DNA from: an uncultured candidate division Zixibacteria bacterium
GTDB lineage: Bacteria > Zixibacteria > MSB-5A5 > GN15 > PGXB01
DNA: 64,000 nucleotides
Assembly (NCBI GenBank): GCA_963702205.1
Contig: OY969724.1
Location: 3,168,001-3,232,000, forward strand
Reading direction: 5' to 3'
In this document: in pieces, positions 39,321 through 49,800 of the stretch
Layout: the number at the start of each line of letters is the position of its first letter
How positions within the stretch are numbered: position 1 is the first letter of the stretch
Made by a program: the position numbers and the translations under genes
Notes under the pieces: model-generated
The model's database searches: none
Told to the model about the DNA's origin: nothing
What the model saw: the letters and a program-made list of their open reading frames with translations, nothing else

Positions 39321-39704
39321 ATGTTTCAAGCCGATTTTATAGGGCCTCTGAGCTTTTTCGTGGCCTGCATTCTAATAGTCAAAATCGTGCTCGACTATCG
39401 CCTCAAACGCAAGCTTTTGGAGAGGGGCGAAATCGACAAGAACGTGACTTCATTATTTTGCAACAGGTCAGAATATTTCGCCCCCACCTCGCTGAAATGG
39501 GGCATGGTGCTGATCGGCATCGGGCTGGCAGTCGTTATCAGCCAGATGCTTCCGTATGATTATGACCGAGGGGAAATCACTTTCAGCCTTATGTTGATAT
39601 TCGCCGGAGCCGGGCTCCTGATTTATTACTTTATCGCCAACAAGAAGATGAAGGAATACCGCGAAAATCAAAAATACAATTCTCCTTCTCCACCCAGCGT
39701 GTAA
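39321..39704 (+). CDS. Small membrane protein (DUF6249-like)
   Basis: Three TMs; SLKWGMVLIGIGLA...GAGLLIYY; divergent from the ECF sigma gene. Confidence 0.7.
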   Translation: MFQADFIGPLSFFVACILIVKIVLDYRLKRKLLERGEIDKNVTSLFCNRSEYFAPTSLKWGMVLIGIGLAVVISQMLPYDYDRGEITFSLMLIFAGAGLLIYYFIANKKMKEYRENQKYNSPSPPSV

Positions 39705-39722
39705 CCACCTGGTGGAACCCTG

Positions 39723-39752
39723 AAAAGCCTCCCAACCACGGGGGGCTTTTTT
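39723..39752 (+). terminator. Intrinsic terminator
   Basis: aaaagcctccc-aaccac-ggggggctttttt. Confidence 0.7.
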
Positions 39753-39846
39753 ATTATTTTGAGTACATCCGGGAAGAAATTCGTCTTAACTGTGTAATCC
39801 CCTCAGAGACCAAGTCAAACCAAATCACCAGTTAAGGAGGTGGATT

Positions 39847-41923
39847 ATGCGATCCATGGCCAAAACCGCAATCATCCTCGCCTCGATTGCCCTTATCACT
39901 ATCCCTCTGCTGCTTTTCGCCGGGGAAACCGGCAAGGTCAAAGGCACCGTCGTCAACAAAGAAACCGGCGATCCCATACCGGGAGCCGCCGTCCAGCTTT
40001 TGGGCACTATGCAAGGATGTGTCACTGACAGTCTGGGCAAGTTTATGGTCGTGCTGGTAGCACCGGGCGAATATACCGTGAAAGCATCGGCGGTCGGATA
40101 TACGCCGGTCGAAATGTCACAGGTAGTCATCAGTGCCGACCTCACCACGGACATAAGAATCGAACTGACTCCGGCTCCAACCGACCCCGGTAAAGTGATC
40201 AAAGTCACTGCGGACCGCAACAAGATCGATATCCATAAGGTATCGGACGAATCCGGAAATAACAGTACAAACCTGCCTTTAACCAGTGTCGATGATATGC
40301 TTAAAAAAACAGCCGGTGTCATAACTGATAAGAACGGCGAAATAATTATCAGTGGCGGTCGGGCCGGTGAAGTTGCTTATATCATTGAAGGCGTCTCTGG
40401 CAGCGATCCCTTGGGAGCAGGTAACCGACAGGCAATCGAGGTCAATAAACGAGCCGCCGCTCAACAAAATGCACCGGGCTATTATTCATTTTGCTATCCG
40501 CCTCCGGCGCACGGTGGGACAAGCATCGTCAACGGTGAACCGTTCGATGCCATGTTCTTCGAAAGCTATGGGGTTAACCCGTTTGTCGATACCGAGGACG
40601 ATCACCTGTCGACTTTCGCGACCGACGTCGACGATGCCTCATTCGTCATGGCGCGGTCGTACCTCGAACGCGGCGAACTTCCGCCCAAGGACGCCATCCG
40701 GGCCGAAGAGTTCATCAATCATTTCGATTATGAATACACCGCCCCCGAGGAAGCACCGTTTGCGGTCTTTGTCGAAGGCGGACCGTCGCGTTTCGGGCAG
40801 AACAGCCGCCTGATGCGGACCGGCATCAAGGGTCGTCAGATCAACCCGGAAAACCGAAAACCGGCCAATCTGGTCTTTGTCATAGATGTATCCGGTTCGA
40901 TGGACCGCGAGGACCGTCTGGAACTGGTTAAAAAAGGCCTGAGGTTTCTCATTAATCAATTGAATAATCAAGACAGGGTCGGTATTGTCGTCTATGGTTC
41001 AAACGGGCGGGTTTTGCTGAGACCGACGTCTATCGGTCGCCGAGGAGAAATCCTGAGCGCGATTGAAAGTCTTGGACCCGATGGTTCCACCAATGCCCAG
41101 GAAGGGCTCATGCTGGGTTATGATATGGCCGACCGTATGTTCGAACCCGGGAAGACCAACCGGATTATTCTCTGCTCTGATGGGGTCGCCAACGTCGGCA
41201 TCACCCGCGCCGAAGATCTTCTAAAAGACATCAAGCGGTATGCCGACAAAGGTATTACTCTCTCGGCGATCGGGTTCGGCATGGGTAATTACAACGACAT
41301 CCTGATGGAAAAATTGGGGGATAAAGGCAACGGGCATTATGCCTATGTCGATGATATCCGCGAAGCCAAGCGGGTGTTTGTTGACAATCTGACCGGTATG
41401 CTCGAAGTCATCGCGCGTGACGTCAAGATCCAGGTCGATTTCAATCCGGAAGTCGTCCGTTCATACCGCCTGATCGGTTATGAAAACCGCGACGTGGCGG
41501 ACAATAAATTTCGCGACGACAAAGAAGACGGCGGCGAAATCGGGGCCGGGCACGACGTTACCGCTCTGTATGAAATCAAGCTGCAGCGTAGTGTGCCCAT
41601 CGAGCATTTCGCAAAAGTTTATATCCGTTACAAGGCCCCCAATGAAATGAACCGGGCCGATGAAATCGAGTTCACGGTCGACCGCGGAGATTTTCACGAC
41701 AATATTGATAAGTGTAGTCCTTCGTTCAAGCTCGCGGCAGCCTCGGCCGAATTCGCCGAGATTCTGCGCAAATCGGTACTGGGCCAAAAACTCTAACCTG
41801 AGTGACGTGCTCGATTTGGCGCTGGACGTCTACAATGCCAAGCAGTCGCCGGAAGTGCTGGAGTTCATGAATATGGTTTCGATGGCTCGTCAACTTGGCG
41901 ACCAGAGAGCCGAAAAAGAATAA
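39847..41923 (+). pseudogene. YfbK-like VWA protein with N-terminal carboxypeptidase-regulatory-like and TonB-plug-like domains; +1 frameshift near 41775 truncates the C-terminal tail
   Basis: GKVKGTVVNKETGDPIPGA; STFATDVDDAS; MIDAS DVSGSM; YRLIGYENR; AEFAEILRKS continues as YWAKNS... in another frame. Confidence 0.8.
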
Positions 41924-41962
41924 CATACAATGCACCGTACGTACAAAACTCCCGGTTGTTGA

Positions 41963-42083
41963 TGTTCCGTCAGGTCATGTCCCGATGAAATTGGGATGAG
42001 ACCTGACGGCTTTCTTAAACGCCCCGACGCACGGGACCGCCGGGTCTCATTCCCGCTACGCGGGAACATGACCCGGCGGAACA
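41963..42083. repeat. Inverted doublet of long hairpins (second REP/REPIN-like family or structured RNA)
   Basis: TGTT-CCGTCAGGTC-ATG-TCCC..GGGA-TGA-GACCTGACGG and, inverted, TGTT-CCGCCGGGTC-ATG-TTCCC..GGGAA-TGA-GACCCGGCGG. Confidence 0.65.
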
Positions 42084-42119
42084 ATTCCGAAACCTAAGCG
42101 AATATTGCAATGGACGTAT

Positions 42120-42148
42120 AAAACCCCCCGATTGATCGGGGGGTTTTT
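42120..42148. terminator. Bidirectional intrinsic terminator
   Basis: aaaaccccccgat-tg-atcggggggttttt. Confidence 0.85.
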
Positions 42149-42177
42149 CTTACAGCCCGTCTGTTCGTTTCTTTTTT

Positions 42178-43254
42178 TTATTCACCACCAATGGAAATGG
42201 TTTCCGGGTTTTGTGCTATAGGCTCCTCCTCTCCTTTTTTGGGCTCGATCAGGTTTTTGACCTGCGAACCGGAATTAATAAGGACACCGTGATCGTCAGT
42301 GCCGGCCAGGACCTGACGACCGAATCTTTCAATAGAGGTGGCCGGTCTGTCTCCCAGATTCTTGACGGGAAGGAATTCGTTGTTGAAGTACGATATTACC
42401 CCACTTCGGGTCGCAATCAGGACGACCCAGTCGGAGGCGTCGATATCGGTGACCCAATCCGACGGCAATCCGTCCTCGGCCGTCAATTGCTGCCAGCTTC
42501 CACCATTGTAGGTAAAAAAACCATCGTCGGTGCCGACATAAAGGTGGCCGTGGTTGAAATCGAGTGCCCGGACGTCGTCGAAAATGGTCGTGTCGCGGTA
42601 AAGATATCGCTTCACGAATTCCTCGCCGTTCCAGCGGTACAACCCCTGGCCGTCGGTCGCCACCCAGAGCCCATTGTCGTCGGCGGTCATGCGCTTGACG
42701 GCGAAGTCGGTACTTACGGTCATGTCGCCGATCGTGCTCTTTGAGTACAGCCCTTTGTCCGTCCCAATCGCCAGAGCGAAGCCATAGGCGTACAGGTCAT
42801 TAATGGTGCCTTCGAACTGCGCGTCGACCGGTATCAGCGAGTCATCGGAGACGGTATAAAGCTTCTCGCCACCGACATAAACCTGATCGTCGAACCGCGC
42901 CACGGCATTGAACACCTCGCCGGTTTCGATAAAGACAGGTGTTCCCACGGCGAAATCATAGACGATGACACCGCCGTCGTAGACGGCATACAGCACGGAA
43001 TCGACCATGAGCATATCGTTGATGCCGCCGAAATTGGTGACATTTTCAGCCGGGCCGATCTTTTGGGCATCGCTGTCGGCCGCGGCAAAAGTGGCGTCGA
43101 CAAATTCATGCCCCACGTCGCTGGCGATAGTATCAATGGCATCGGCCAGCGAATCATTTTTTGTCTCGGTCTTGTTGCCGCTGCATCCGACAAAGAGCAG
43201 CAGCGCTAACGCGGTCATTGCCCCGGCGATTTTGAGATTTCTTAAGTTTTTCAT
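42178..43254 (-). CDS. Lipoprotein, probable beta-propeller
   Basis: AGGAGG SD; LLLFVGC lipobox; repeated LWVAT/LYVGT..G blades and EDGLPSDWV. Confidence 0.7.
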   Translation of the reverse strand: MKNLRNLKIAGAMTALALLLFVGCSGNKTETKNDSLADAIDTIASDVGHEFVDATFAAADSDAQKIGPAENVTNFGGINDMLMVDSVLYAVYDGGVIVYDFAVGTPVFIETGEVFNAVARFDDQVYVGGEKLYTVSDDSLIPVDAQFEGTINDLYAYGFALAIGTDKGLYSKSTIGDMTVSTDFAVKRMTADDNGLWVATDGQGLYRWNGEEFVKRYLYRDTTIFDDVRALDFNHGHLYVGTDDGFFTYNGGSWQQLTAEDGLPSDWVTDIDASDWVVLIATRSGVISYFNNEFLPVKNLGDRPATSIERFGRQVLAGTDDHGVLINSGSQVKNLIEPKKGEEEPIAQNPETISIGGE

Positions 43255-43303
43255 AACTCCTCCTTTGTTTGTTGGTTTTTGGCCGGTTTTAATAGAATAT
43301 CTA

Positions 43304-43466
43304 TTCAAAGATTGTGCCAAGGCACTATGTGCCTGTATTTCAGTGACTTACGAGGTTATACCTGATCAGGGAAAAAACAAAATCGTGTCAATATTGACAC
43401 ATAGTGCCGATATAAATGTATAACCTGTTGAACAGAAGAGCTTTTTTATGTGTCATTCTTGACACA
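43304..43466 (-). promoter_or_regulatory. Sigma54 promoter with an IHF-like site and two enhancer palindromes
   Basis: TTGGCAC-N5-TTGAA (43304-43320, non-canonical -12); IHF-like tatttcagtgactta near 43336-43350; GTGTCAATATTGACAC (43385-43400) and TGTGTCA-N4-TGACACA (43449-43466). Confidence 0.65.
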
Positions 43467-43511
43467 GGGATTTAGATTATTTGTAATGAATTTATCTGGC
43501 GGATTGTCTTA

Positions 43512-44801
43512 ATGAGTAGCTGGAAGAATAATTATACTGTGATCATCGTGATCGCCCTGGTTTCAATATTATTTTCTGCCGTCTTATCAGTCGATGCCAC
43601 AGAACTGAAAACAAATATCCTGCAGTACAAGCAGGGACGATTTTATTTTCCCGCCGGGCGCGAGGCTCTCGTATATCCGCACTGCTCGTACGTTTTATTC
43701 AACGGCGATGATTCGATTCTGTCGGGCAAAATAGAGGTTTCCGCGCTGGGTGTAAGTTATAGTGATCAGGCCGGAGCAGCTTTGGATAGTACAATTCTCG
43801 ATAAATTGACCGCCGTTATCACGACCGCCGATATCGACAGCACCGCCGCAATTGCAATTGGGGCCGTCTATTTCAGCCAGGTGCCGTACAGCTCGATGTT
43901 CCCCGACCTGTTCGGGCTTTTCGCCTCGCCGAAGAACAGCGCCATATTTTTCACGGAGGCGGGCAACGCCATCAAGATCAAGCGCTACCTCTCCCTCACC
44001 GAGATGAAGCTTGCTTTTGAATCCGGTGCGATCGATGGCTATTTTTCGTACAATTATCCTCAGACGTGTGACACCGACATGATGATAACGTCGGCCCCAG
44101 CTCCGTATTTCGTAGCGCTTTTGCCCAATATATCGACTCTATATAACCAACGCGGTTTGATGACGACGTCGCTGTATTATCGTGTCGACAACGGCAATCT
44201 TGGCAACCTGTTCGGCGGAGACAAGGCGAGCGCTCAAAACTGCCCGGAACCGATGCCCGATTCGTGCCCGCGCCCGCTGCCATACGATATGCTCAAGGGT
44301 CAGCAGTTATTGAACGTCCTCAAGCCGATCAGCGGTCCGGTAAGGATTGCTTCATCGGATCGCGAATTTCAACCGACCGCGATGTACTTCGCCGACGTCC
44401 TGTGGCGGGAGAAAGTAGAAACGCGCCTTCAGATCGGTCGCGGCGGAGCGGACATCTATATTGCGCCGGTGCCGGTATCGACCGACAGTTTATGGCTGAG
44501 CCTGGAATACATTAAAACATTTCTATCGCAGGATACCATCGCCGGGCGGAGCGCCAATAAAAACATCCAGCTGCTTAGCAATTATATCAACGAAATAAAA
44601 TCAGCCGACAGTCTGAACCGAAAACTGGAATACGTAAAGAAAAGCACCGAGCTTCTCTGGCAGGATATAGGAGTTTTTGCGCTGTATCGGCCGAAAGTGT
44701 ATTTTGTATGCCGACAGGACATCGGGAGTGTTGCTTTCAATAAGGATGGGTATGTAAATCTAAAGGAGCTTGTAAAGCTCCGTCTGCCGAGCGGAGATTA
44801 A
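43512..44801 (+). CDS. Exported protein, possibly solute-binding protein family 5-like; first gene of the two-component operon
   Basis: Signal peptide; AFESGAIDG, LPYDMLKGQQLL and a C-terminal ALYRP..F pattern reminiscent of SBP_bac_5. Confidence 0.4.
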   Translation: MSSWKNNYTVIIVIALVSILFSAVLSVDATELKTNILQYKQGRFYFPAGREALVYPHCSYVLFNGDDSILSGKIEVSALGVSYSDQAGAALDSTILDKLTAVITTADIDSTAAIAIGAVYFSQVPYSSMFPDLFGLFASPKNSAIFFTEAGNAIKIKRYLSLTEMKLAFESGAIDGYFSYNYPQTCDTDMMITSAPAPYFVALLPNISTLYNQRGLMTTSLYYRVDNGNLGNLFGGDKASAQNCPEPMPDSCPRPLPYDMLKGQQLLNVLKPISGPVRIASSDREFQPTAMYFADVLWREKVETRLQIGRGGADIYIAPVPVSTDSLWLSLEYIKTFLSQDTIAGRSANKNIQLLSNYINEIKSADSLNRKLEYVKKSTELLWQDIGVFALYRPKVYFVCRQDIGSVAFNKDGYVNLKELVKLRLPSGD

Positions 44802-44808
44802 CGATACT

Positions 44809-46443
44809 ATGACTACGACCACACGCATACGGCTGTTTCTCGTTCTGGCGGCGATTCTTCCACCGATATTGATATTGTCCGCCCTGCACCTTATTACCAA
44901 TCAACGACAGGAGCAATCGGCCCGAAGAAGCGCCGATGAGAGTCTGAACTCGTACGCTCAATTCGACATGGCCTATCACGAGCGAATGCACGACCTCAAC
45001 GCGGAGCTGATCAAGATGGAGGCGGTCAAAGACGCCGCCCTCAGGATCGAATCGCACGCAAAAGGTCAAATAACCCTCGGTTCTCTTCCCCCCGGTATCG
45101 ATTTTATGGAAATTCTGTCCAAAGATCTAAAAGTAATCGTTTCCGCGCACCGTCCCGGTCTGGTCGGCGAAAAAATGCCGCTGGATACAATAACACTTGA
45201 CTCGGAAGGCTACCTGGCCCGCACCGAATACGACATCGGCGGCCCTCACGCGGCTTATTCGTACCTCAGCAAAATAGACGATCATCTTTACTTGTACTCC
45301 GGGACTTATATAGACCGCAGCTACCTTGATTTGCTGGCGGAAATCACCAATGCCAATATTGACCTGGTCATGGCCGATGATTCCTCGTCGGAGTCATCTT
45401 ATTTGAGCCGGCTCGACGCAAACCAGTTGTACGAAAGAGGATCGTCCCTGATAGCTGTACTATCGGGAGGAAAGCAGGCGGGATTCTATATAACGGCGAC
45501 TTTCAGCACCAAAACCGACAGCCCCATATTCCAATCGCTGTTTGAAGTCACCGCCCTCGCGGCGTTGGTTTCCGTAATATTGGCAATCTTCCTCGGCATG
45601 TATATCACCGGCAAAACCAAAAAAGAAATCGACAACCTCATCACCGCCAGCCGACAGGTCGCCGAGGGCGACTGGACGACACCGGTCATGGCCTATGAAG
45701 AAGGTGAATTTTCCGAGCTGGCCGATTCGTTCAACAGTATGAAAAGAAATCTCAAAACCACACAGGACCGTCTGACTACCGCTGAAAAAATAGCCGCCTG
45801 GGAGGCGATGGGCCGCAAGGTCGCCCACGAAATAAAGAACCCGCTGACACCGATCTCAATCGGCATCGACGATCTCAAGGCCGCCTACAGCGAAACGCCG
45901 GAGAACTTCAATCAAACGCTCGATCAGACGGTCCGCACCATCAAATACGAAGTCAACCGCATGAAACGCCTGCTCGATCAATTTTCGGCCTTCGCCCGCA
46001 TGGCCCCACCGAATATTAAAGAGACCGCGGTGACATCAATGATCGAGAAAATAACAACGCTGTATAAATCCCAAATCGAAAGCGCGACGCTGAGTATTGA
46101 CATCAATGCCCTGCCCAAAAGTATCAAATGTGACGAAGAGCAAATCGAGCAGTTGCTTATCAATCTGATCAAAAATGCGCTCGAATCCGGCGAAAGTACT
46201 AAGGTTGAAATCGTGTGTGGCGGCACCGACAAAGATATTACTTTTACAATTCGCGATAACGGGCCGGGATTTGATGACAAAGTATTATCGAACCCGTTTG
46301 AACCGTACGTGTCTACCAAAAAAGACGGCTCCGGGCTGGGGCTGGTTATCTGCCGACGGATAGTACACGATCACGGAGGCAGGATCGAGTTGCGCAATCG
46401 TCGCGAAGGAGGCGCGGAAGTACTTATTGCACTACCGCGCTAA
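44809..46443 (+). CDS. HAMP-domain sensor histidine kinase (NtrY-like)
   Basis: AWEAMGRKVAHEIKNPLTPI, NLIKNA, DNGPG, GSGLGL. Confidence 0.92.
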   Translation: MTTTTRIRLFLVLAAILPPILILSALHLITNQRQEQSARRSADESLNSYAQFDMAYHERMHDLNAELIKMEAVKDAALRIESHAKGQITLGSLPPGIDFMEILSKDLKVIVSAHRPGLVGEKMPLDTITLDSEGYLARTEYDIGGPHAAYSYLSKIDDHLYLYSGTYIDRSYLDLLAEITNANIDLVMADDSSSESSYLSRLDANQLYERGSSLIAVLSGGKQAGFYITATFSTKTDSPIFQSLFEVTALAALVSVILAIFLGMYITGKTKKEIDNLITASRQVAEGDWTTPVMAYEEGEFSELADSFNSMKRNLKTTQDRLTTAEKIAAWEAMGRKVAHEIKNPLTPISIGIDDLKAAYSETPENFNQTLDQTVRTIKYEVNRMKRLLDQFSAFARMAPPNIKETAVTSMIEKITTLYKSQIESATLSIDINALPKSIKCDEEQIEQLLINLIKNALESGESTKVEIVCGGTDKDITFTIRDNGPGFDDKVLSNPFEPYVSTKKDGSGLGLVICRRIVHDHGGRIELRNRREGGAEVLIALPR

Positions 46444-46446
46444 GAC

Positions 46447-47769
46447 ATGGCAAGAATTTTAATAATCGACGATGAAGAAAATATACGTTCGTCTCTGAAA
46501 ACGGCTCTGGACAGGCGTGGGCACGACGTTGTCACGGCTGAATCACTGGGACGGGCGGAAGAATTCATCAAGGCCAGATTCGATATAATATTTCTCGACG
46601 TTGTCCTGCCCGACGGCAACGGCATCGAATTCATGAAGAAAATAATACTGTCCGATCCCCGGCAGTTAATCGTCATGATATCCGGCCAGGCCGACATTGA
46701 AATGGCGGTCGGAGCTATACGCGGCGGGGCTTATGATTTCATAGAAAAGCCGCTGTCGCTCGATCGCGTCCTTATCACAATCGACAACGCCCTGACGAAA
46801 GGTCGGCTGCTCGATGAAAATATCCGGCTGACTTTTAAAGCGTACGGTGAATTTGTCGGTGATTCTCCTTTTATCAAAGAGTTCATTTCAGATATTCATA
46901 AATCGGCGCCGAAAACATCGCGGTTTCTGATTCTCGGCGAAAACGGAACCGGCAAGGAGCTGGTCGCGAATATGATCCACCGTCTCGGCCGTTTCAGCGG
47001 CGGGGCTTTTGTCCCGGTCAACTGCGCAGCTCTACCATCGGAATTGGTGGAGTCAGAGCTGTTCGGGCACGTCCCCGGCGCGTTTACGGGCGCATCGAAA
47101 GCCCGCGCCGGGCGTTTTGTTAAGGCCGACGGCGGTTCCATATTTCTCGATGAAATCAGCGAGATGCCCGCCGAAGCTCAGGCCAAAATGCTGCGGGTGA
47201 TAGAAACGGGCGAAGTCACCCCGGTTGGATCCGATAAAGCCCAAAACGTTTCGTGCAATATTATCGCCGCGTCCAACCGCGACCCGGAGAAAATGGTCGC
47301 CGACGGGAAATTCCGTCAGGACCTGCTCTATCGCCTGAACGTGGTGCAGTTTCAAATACCGCCTTTGAGAGAAAGAACGGGGGACATAAAACTTTTGTCG
47401 GAGTACTTCCTGAAACGTTTCGCCGAAGAAACCGGTGGTAGAATCAAAGAGTTGGATAAATCGGCGTTGGAGCTTTTGGGTCACTACTCGTTTCCGGGTA
47501 ACGTCAGGGAATTGAAAAATATCATGGAGCGTCTGAATATCTATTGTGACGCTGACGTCGCCGGAGAGTCAGACCTCAAGCCGTATCTCGGTGAGGCAAT
47601 GTCATCCGATTTAAAGCTCAAAGACGCCGTCGATGATTTCGAGCGCGATTTCATCGAGCGGGCCATTGCCCGCAACGCCGGGAATATCGCTGAAACCGCC
47701 CGACAGCTTGGCCTGGAACGATCCCACTTATACAAAAAGATGAAAAAATACGGGATCAATCATCCTTGA
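46447..47769 (+). CDS. Sigma54-dependent response regulator (NtrC/NtrX family)
   Basis: Receiver domain; GENGTGKE; intact GAFTGA; FPGNVREL; Fis-type HTH. Confidence 0.95.
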   Translation: MARILIIDDEENIRSSLKTALDRRGHDVVTAESLGRAEEFIKARFDIIFLDVVLPDGNGIEFMKKIILSDPRQLIVMISGQADIEMAVGAIRGGAYDFIEKPLSLDRVLITIDNALTKGRLLDENIRLTFKAYGEFVGDSPFIKEFISDIHKSAPKTSRFLILGENGTGKELVANMIHRLGRFSGGAFVPVNCAALPSELVESELFGHVPGAFTGASKARAGRFVKADGGSIFLDEISEMPAEAQAKMLRVIETGEVTPVGSDKAQNVSCNIIAASNRDPEKMVADGKFRQDLLYRLNVVQFQIPPLRERTGDIKLLSEYFLKRFAEETGGRIKELDKSALELLGHYSFPGNVRELKNIMERLNIYCDADVAGESDLKPYLGEAMSSDLKLKDAVDDFERDFIERAIARNAGNIAETARQLGLERSHLYKKMKKYGINHP

Positions 47770-47822
47770 AAAAGCGGATAATTTTATCTATACTCCGGGC
47801 AATATTAGATAAGGGGATTTAA

Positions 47823-48230
47823 ATGACCGCCATAGATATTGCCCGGGCCTATTACCAGGCCTGGAACGATCATGACGCCAAGGCGATTTCCGGCCTGTTC
47901 ATCAACGATGCCGTCTTCACCGATCCATCGGCCGGAGCCATACAGAAAAAATCGGCCATAGTCGAATACGCCAGGATTATGTTTCTGGCCTTTCCCGATA
48001 TTAAGTACGACGTCACCGCCCAGCACGACACCGGCACGGGTAAGATTATCACGGAGTACACGATCACCGGCACCAATACCGGGCCGCTGCCGGGAATGAT
48101 GCCGACTTCAAAACCGATGCAAGTCGAGGCAGTCGATGTTATGGTAATCGACGACGGAAGAATTAAAGTTCTGAAGGGCTTTTTTGATCGTCTCGCCATT
48201 GCCGAGCAGCTTGGCTGGGTACAGCAGTAG
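47823..48230 (+). CDS. SnoaL-like (NTF2 fold) ester cyclase family protein
   Basis: YYQAWNDHD...AFPD...GTNTGPLPG..PTSK...DGRI. Confidence 0.8.
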   Translation: MTAIDIARAYYQAWNDHDAKAISGLFINDAVFTDPSAGAIQKKSAIVEYARIMFLAFPDIKYDVTAQHDTGTGKIITEYTITGTNTGPLPGMMPTSKPMQVEAVDVMVIDDGRIKVLKGFFDRLAIAEQLGWVQQ

Positions 48231-48252
48231 ACCTGCAATTTTAATATCAGAT

Positions 48253-48281
48253 AAAAAGCGAGCCCATGGCTCGCTTTTTTT
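48253..48281. terminator. Bidirectional intrinsic terminator
   Basis: aaaaagcgagcc-cat-ggctcgcttttttt. Confidence 0.85.
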
Positions 48282-48321
48282 AACCGCTTGGATGGACTAT
48301 TGTCGCTCGCGACAATATTTA

Positions 48322-48534
48322 TTATGCCGACGCGTGCTTATGCGCGGACTTGCCAAAAAACAGCTTGCGCAGGAATATTTCTGCCGGGCAAAACCCGGTA
48401 AACGACGACTGCACCAGGTTAAAGCCGACGAAAGCCGTCAGCAAAAACCAGTACTGCGATACGAAATAGCCCAGCGCCAGCGAAGCCAGCACCAAAATAC
48501 CGGCCACGAGTCGGACTGAATTTTCCAGTGTCAT
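48322..48534 (-). CDS. DUF2892 (YgaP-like) small membrane protein
   Basis: VRLVAG...AFVGFNLVQSSFTGFCPAE. Confidence 0.85.
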   Translation of the reverse strand: MTLENSVRLVAGILVLASLALGYFVSQYWFLLTAFVGFNLVQSSFTGFCPAEIFLRKLFFGKSAHKHASA

Positions 48535-48543
48535 AATTTTCTC

Positions 48544-49791
48544 CTAATAACCATAAGTAACTTTCAGGTACGCATTATCGTTCTTCTGAAAAGCCCCGAA
48601 GCTGGTGTATTCGTGGTTACCACCAAAAATATTCGCTCCCACCGCCAAAGTCAGGGCATCGGTATATTTATAACTTATCGAAAACCGGCCGTAAAAATCC
48701 TCCTCGTTGGGTGAATAGAATCCGAATGCCGAAACCGTGATCGTCTCCATTTTCAATAGCTGCGTGATACGCGACGTTATCAGATGGTACATCTCATCCA
48801 TCTGCGGCATCTGCGGCGCAAGATTCTCAACATAGACGTTATGATCGAGCATGAAATCGTTTTGATACTGCACGTTGACGGTCAGGTTGGAATTCAACTG
48901 CCGCTCGAATCCGATCATGCTTTTTATCGAGGAGTTCGGGATAGCCGGATTGCCACCGCCGGCGTCTTCGCGCGAATCATAATAGCCGCCCTCCAGCCAT
49001 GTAATCCCGCCTAAAATCGGCATACGAATCGAGGCCCCGTATACATCTAACGAGGGATAGTATGCGCCGCTGTCGTTCATACCGACCGGGTTTTTGAAAA
49101 AGCCGTGGTAGCCGTAGAGCGCCACGTCGGCCGTCCCGAAATATCGGCTGAAACGCCCGGCGAACTCTCCGTTCTTGAACCTGGCCGTCGGCATGATGCC
49201 CTCGAAATACGGTTCTCCACCGACAATGGTCCCGGCCATCGGGTCGAAATAGCTTAAGCGCTCTCCGGTCGGAATCCGGTTGGGCGTGAACCTCGGAGTA
49301 TACACGAAATTGAACGTCCCGATCGGATTGTAATAGGACATGCGTAGGGCATTTTGCGGAGCCTTGAGGTACTGATCGTCACGCCCGCTGAAAAACGACC
49401 GATAGTCCTTCGCGAAAAGGTCATTGATAAAGATCAGGTCGCCCGTGCCCCAGGTAATTATTTGGCGGCCAATTTTGAAGTCCACATGGTTGCCGAAACG
49501 GAACTTGGCGTAACCTTCGCGCAGCTCCATTTTGAGTGACTGCTCATAAAAATCATCGTACGTAAAATCCAGCCGCCCGAAAAATTCCGCGGCGTCGCCG
49601 TACGATTCCAGTTTTAACTGCAAGCGCGTCTCGGAAGCCGTCAGTTCCGACGGCGTCGGATTGTTTTTATCCAGTCCGCCTCCGTAAAGACCCTGAACGA
49701 ACCCGCCGAGGCTGACATCATCGGCCATTGCCGATGATGCCAATACCGCAATTATTAATAATCCCAGAATATATTTGCTAAGTTGAATCAC
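48544..49791 (-). CDS. Putative outer-membrane beta-barrel (DUF1302-like)
   Basis: Signal peptide; LREGY...KIGRQIITWGTGD; C-terminal AYLKVTYGY beta-signal. Confidence 0.7.
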   Translation of the reverse strand: MIQLSKYILGLLIIAVLASSAMADDVSLGGFVQGLYGGGLDKNNPTPSELTASETRLQLKLESYGDAAEFFGRLDFTYDDFYEQSLKMELREGYAKFRFGNHVDFKIGRQIITWGTGDLIFINDLFAKDYRSFFSGRDDQYLKAPQNALRMSYYNPIGTFNFVYTPRFTPNRIPTGERLSYFDPMAGTIVGGEPYFEGIMPTARFKNGEFAGRFSRYFGTADVALYGYHGFFKNPVGMNDSGAYYPSLDVYGASIRMPILGGITWLEGGYYDSREDAGGGNPAIPNSSIKSMIGFERQLNSNLTVNVQYQNDFMLDHNVYVENLAPQMPQMDEMYHLITSRITQLLKMETITVSAFGFYSPNEEDFYGRFSISYKYTDALTLAVGANIFGGNHEYTSFGAFQKNDNAYLKVTYGY

Positions 49792-49800
49792 TTTTCCCCC

